Assembly (NCBI RefSeq): GCF_016806735.1
Contig: NZ_CP060530.1
Location: 210,001 to 242,000, forward strand
Length of the DNA: 32,000 nt
Origin: Candidatus Micrarchaeum sp.
GTDB lineage: Archaea; Micrarchaeota; Micrarchaeia; Micrarchaeales; Micrarchaeaceae
Reading direction: 5' to 3'
Shown here one piece after another: positions 29,220-32,000 of the stretch (position 1 is its first letter; every line of letters starts with the position of its first letter). The notes below the pieces were generated by a model. That model made no database searches and was not told the DNA's origin. It was given only the letters and a program-made list of their open reading frames with translations. A program made the translations under genes and the position numbers.

Positions 29220-32000
29220 CTACATGAATTTAAGCAGGTTGAACTGCTTGTCGTCTTTTATCGGCACGGTTCCCACCAGCCCAAATACCGCTTCTATCTC
29301 CTCCTTGAGGAGAAGAATCCTCTGCTTTATGTACGGCTCTAGCTCATACCTGTCGGCAAGATTTATCGCAGTGTAAAGATACTTCTCTATTCCTCCCTTG
29401 GATATCGTGAGCAAAAGCTTGCCTCCGCATCTGGTGCATACGCCCTTTATCGGTATGCGCCTATATTTTGCATTGCACTGCACGCAGCGGAATCCCTGCC
29501 TTGAATATGAATGAAGGTTGCCCATCAGGTCAGGTATGAAATGGCTTAGTATTAGCCTCCTGGCAGTATCTCTTTTGTCTATGCTGTACAGCTTGTCCAT
29601 CAGGCTGAACTGCATTTCTATTTTGTCGTTCATGGTTTTGAGAGTAGTGTACGAACTTCTCTTCGGAGCTTGTGCTACTGCGTCTATGCCGGAAAGATGC
29701 GTGAACTTTATCCCGGAATATATGGAATCTTTCTGAAGCCTGTCTCCCACGACTTCTACCTTCACCTCTCCGGGTGCAGGATACGAATATGTCTTGTCAT
29801 AAAAATCTATGCCGTAGCTTTCCACCACTTCCATGGCGTGGACCTCGTCGTCAACCTCTTCGGGCTTGACGTTTACGGTGAGTATCAGCGGTGCGTCCAT
29901 TGTGCCTCCCACTGTTGTGGGCATGTAATGCTTTGAAAAATTCACAAGCGCATCAAGGAGCATCATCGTAGTGTCTTCGTCCCCGTCGCAGTTCCTCCTC
30001 CTCGCAGAAACAAGGTACGGATGCGCGAATCCCACGCTGGCATCGGTGAATCCTATGATCCTGCCGAGCACCCCTGCAGAAGTGTGCGGAGAAAGCGTTA
30101 TCACGTAATGGCCTATAAGGTCCTTCTGCTCAGATACGTTGTAAAATTTTTCCAGGCCGTAAAACCTTACCAGCATCTCGTCCATAAATTGCGTGACGTT
30201 GATGAAATAATCTGCGCCCCTCCTGTTCAATATTACGTCCTGATGCATGAGCTCGACCAGCTGGTCCCCGCGCTCAAGCGGATTGCCCATATAATCTTTG
30301 TCATAGCCTAGCTTCTTCAAGGTCTCTACATCTACGGATATCTCGTCAGGATAGAAATGCGTTATCGGCACATCGGTAGCGTCGAATCTCGATGTTCCGT
30401 CTTTGAATATGAATATGTTGTGTGTGCTGCGGAGCAATCCCTTCTCCAGAGGCTCTGCAAGCTTGTCGGCATTCGAAAGCCCCTTAACTCCTTTCATGAG
30501 CTTCGGAAGCGAAGTCATTCCAATGTTTTTCATGGCCCTGTTAACCTCGGAAACTATGTTTATTTGCTTCATTTCGCCTCCTTCCATCTGGCCCCCGCAT
30601 TTCTCGCATTTCAAGCCAGTCCCGAAGTTTCCGCAAAGCTTGCATTTGCGCATTATCTCTGCCCTGCACTTGTGCTCCTCGCAGTAGAATGAGTTTATGT
30701 ACTCGCCACCTTTGGTGCAGAGGTGTCTTGCAAGCTCGACGTTTATGCTCTGCGAATTGAACTTCTTTCCCTGCAGAACGTACGCCTTGGTTATGCTTCG
30801 TTCCTTGCCCCCATATTCGCCTATCGGAAACAATATGTGCGGCGCGGGCTTCATCAGCCTCTCTCTTGCCTTTTCCGGCCTTCCCATTCTTCCGCCGATT
30901 TTCGTGGAGCGCTTCATTATCTTGAACTTGGCCAGCTTGTTGAGCATCTCAAGCGAGCTCTGTGCCCGCAGCGCATCTTCGGGCAATTCCTCATTTTGGA
31001 TTATATTTCCATTCCTTACGAGCCCGAAGCTGGCAATGAGCGACTTTGCTGTTTCGCCCTCTACGTCTATGCTTTCGTTCCTGTCCATGTGGGGTATGCA
31101 GGCCCTCTCCAAAAGTTCGCGAGCCTTGGCCAGCCTGTCGCCGCTTATGGTAACCGAATGGATTTCATCCAGCATTTTGGCGCCCCCGAGGTCGGCCTCC
31201 TTGAAAGTTTCAACCAGAAAGAGCATGTCCTCAGTGCTTATGTCCGAATAATCGTATATGAATTTTGGATGCATTGGCACTCCGTATTTTTCCGAGATTT
31301 CTAACGCCTCTGCAAAATCCGATACCTTTGGAATCACATCGCATCCTGCTTTTTTGAGCTGAAGCGCCCAGTACTCCTCCACATAGCTCGTCGGGCTTAG
31401 CGGGGTATTTGTCTTCTTGAAATCTCCGTAAGTGACGAGTATGTCGCCAACCGACAAAATCTTTTTTATATGGGGTTCGAGCCTTCTTGCCTCATCTGCA
31501 TCCTTTATCCTGAAAGCCTCGCCAGTATCGAGCTTGACAAACGGCCCCTCTATGGTATCAACTGGCACGGCTACGCAGCCTTTTCCGGGCTTTTCGACCT
31601 TGAGCTGTGTTCCGGTAGCTATAAATTCATCCATAAGGTACATGGTTGCAGGGTTGAAACCCTTAGAAGCTATGCCGGTGAATCTGCTCCTTCCGTATCT
31701 GAGCCTGAAAGCTCCCGAATGTTCCGGATATGCAAATATGGGCCTTCCAGCCACAAGCTCCTGCAGGAATACCACGTCCTTCTTGGTTTCCTTCTGCTCG
31801 GTCTGCTGAGATTTTTCTACCTTTATTATCTGGTTGAGCCAGGACCAGTCCAGCCCGGCTCCTTTCGTGTACTTGAGCACGCTTTTTGCCTTCTGCGCTA
31901 TTCCCTCGCACGAAACAAGGCATATGCCGCTCCTTATCTTGTTTGATATCATCTGCGGCTTCCCGGCAGCGTCAAGCCTGTTTATGTTCCTGTGTATGCC
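29220..32000 (-). CDS. polC: DNA polymerase II (PolD) large subunit DP2, C-terminal ~925 codons; N-terminus lies beyond the right edge
   Basis: The minus frame stays open to nt 32000: GIHRNINRLDAAGKPQ precedes the track's first M. It has Zn-finger modules (CEEHKCRAEIMRKCKLCGN...CEKCGG; CVQCNAKYRRIPIKGVCTRCGG) and the catalytic RRRNCDGDEDT block. The C-terminus is QFNLLKFM*. Confidence 0.92.
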   Translation of the reverse strand, partial: GIHRNINRLDAAGKPQMISNKIRSGICLVSCEGIAQKAKSVLKYTKGAGLDWSWLNQIIKVEKSQQTEQKETKKDVVFLQELVAGRPIFAYPEHSGAFRLRYGRSRFTGIASKGFNPATMYLMDEFIATGTQLKVEKPGKGCVAVPVDTIEGPFVKLDTGEAFRIKDADEARRLEPHIKKILSVGDILVTYGDFKKTNTPLSPTSYVEEYWALQLKKAGCDVIPKVSDFAEALEISEKYGVPMHPKFIYDYSDISTEDMLFLVETFKEADLGGAKMLDEIHSVTISGDRLAKARELLERACIPHMDRNESIDVEGETAKSLIASFGLVRNGNIIQNEELPEDALRAQSSLEMLNKLAKFKIMKRSTKIGGRMGRPEKARERLMKPAPHILFPIGEYGGKERSITKAYVLQGKKFNSQSINVELARHLCTKGGEYINSFYCEEHKCRAEIMRKCKLCGNFGTGLKCEKCGGQMEGGEMKQINIVSEVNRAMKNIGMTSLPKLMKGVKGLSNADKLAEPLEKGLLRSTHNIFIFKDGTSRFDATDVPITHFYPDEISVDVETLKKLGYDKDYMGNPLERGDQLVELMHQDVILNRRGADYFINVTQFMDEMLVRFYGLEKFYNVSEQKDLIGHYVITLSPHTSAGVLGRIIGFTDASVGFAHPYLVSARRRNCDGDEDTTMMLLDALVNFSKHYMPTTVGGTMDAPLILTVNVKPEEVDDEVHAMEVVESYGIDFYDKTYSYPAPGEVKVEVVGDRLQKDSIYSGIKFTHLSGIDAVAQAPKRSSYTTLKTMNDKIEMQFSLMDKLYSIDKRDTARRLILSHFIPDLMGNLHSYSRQGFRCVQCNAKYRRIPIKGVCTRCGGKLLLTISKGGIEKYLYTAINLADRYELEPYIKQRILLLKEEIEAVFGLVGTVPIKDDKQFNLLKFM
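29223..29246 (-). other. PIP-box-like motif QFNLLKFM at the DP2 C-terminus
   Basis: Q-x-x-L-x-x-F-M immediately before the stop. A C-terminal PCNA-binding motif on the PolD large subunit is established. Confidence 0.7.

Noticed and set aside
29220-32000. An intein or split gene in PolD DP2.
   Set aside because: The reading frame is continuous. It contains no intein blocks (no Cys/Ser-His-Asn splice junction pattern or homing endonuclease LAGLIDADG motif). The visible length is consistent with an uninterrupted DP2.
1-32000. A scan for CRISPR repeats, IS elements, integrases, toxin-antitoxin pairs and known defence genes.
   Set aside because: I noticed no regularly spaced direct repeats, no transposase or integrase-like ORFs, and no recognisable defence-system domains. 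The window is essentially housekeeping, apart from the 10.3-12.5 kb islet.

Overview
This is a compact archaeal chromosomal segment using the standard genetic code. No rRNA, CRISPR array, transposase or integrase is recognisable. The archaeal assignment rests on archaeal/eukaryal-type genes: S4e, L32e, L19e, P0/P1, Rpp29, PriS, FEN1, MBF1 and the PolD large subunit. A small-genome (DPANN-like) archaeon is only a guess.

Gene content, left to right:
- The start of the S13-S4 operon (minus strand), preceded by a tRNA-Ser(GGA) that I fold by hand as carrying two introns.
- A class II lysyl-tRNA synthetase and a dienelactone hydrolase.
- The stalk operon L1-P0-P1.
- A YgjP/DUF45 metallopeptidase, a HAD hydrolase, primase PriS and two membrane proteins.
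- A three-gene accessory islet at 10.3-12.5 kb: a protein with a ParB/Srx-like motif, a HAD phosphatase and an orphan.
- A truncated spc-type ribosomal cluster: Rpp29, then S17-L14-L24-S4e-L5-S14-S8-L6-L32e-L19e-L18-S5.
- A ferredoxin, an Lhr-type helicase with a PdeM-like metallophosphoesterase, and an M50 site-2 protease.
- MBF1, FEN1, Hsp20, PolX-PHP and the C-terminal ~925 codons of PolD DP2, which runs off the window.

Most of the window is housekeeping. The best leads are:
1. The DUF45 zincin ends in a canonical C-terminal PIP box, the same architecture as FEN1 and DP2 in this window. This suggests a PCNA-tethered protease.
2. The tRNA-Ser has a canonical 37/38 intron plus a T-loop (59/60) intron with a textbook bulge-helix-bulge fold. 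Its 3' end lies 12 nt upstream of the S13 start.
3. The ParB/Srx-motif protein is translationally coupled to a HAD phosphatase.
4. The P0 stalk protein lacks the conserved C-terminal factor-binding tail.

All protein assignments come from motif recognition by eye; no database search was run.
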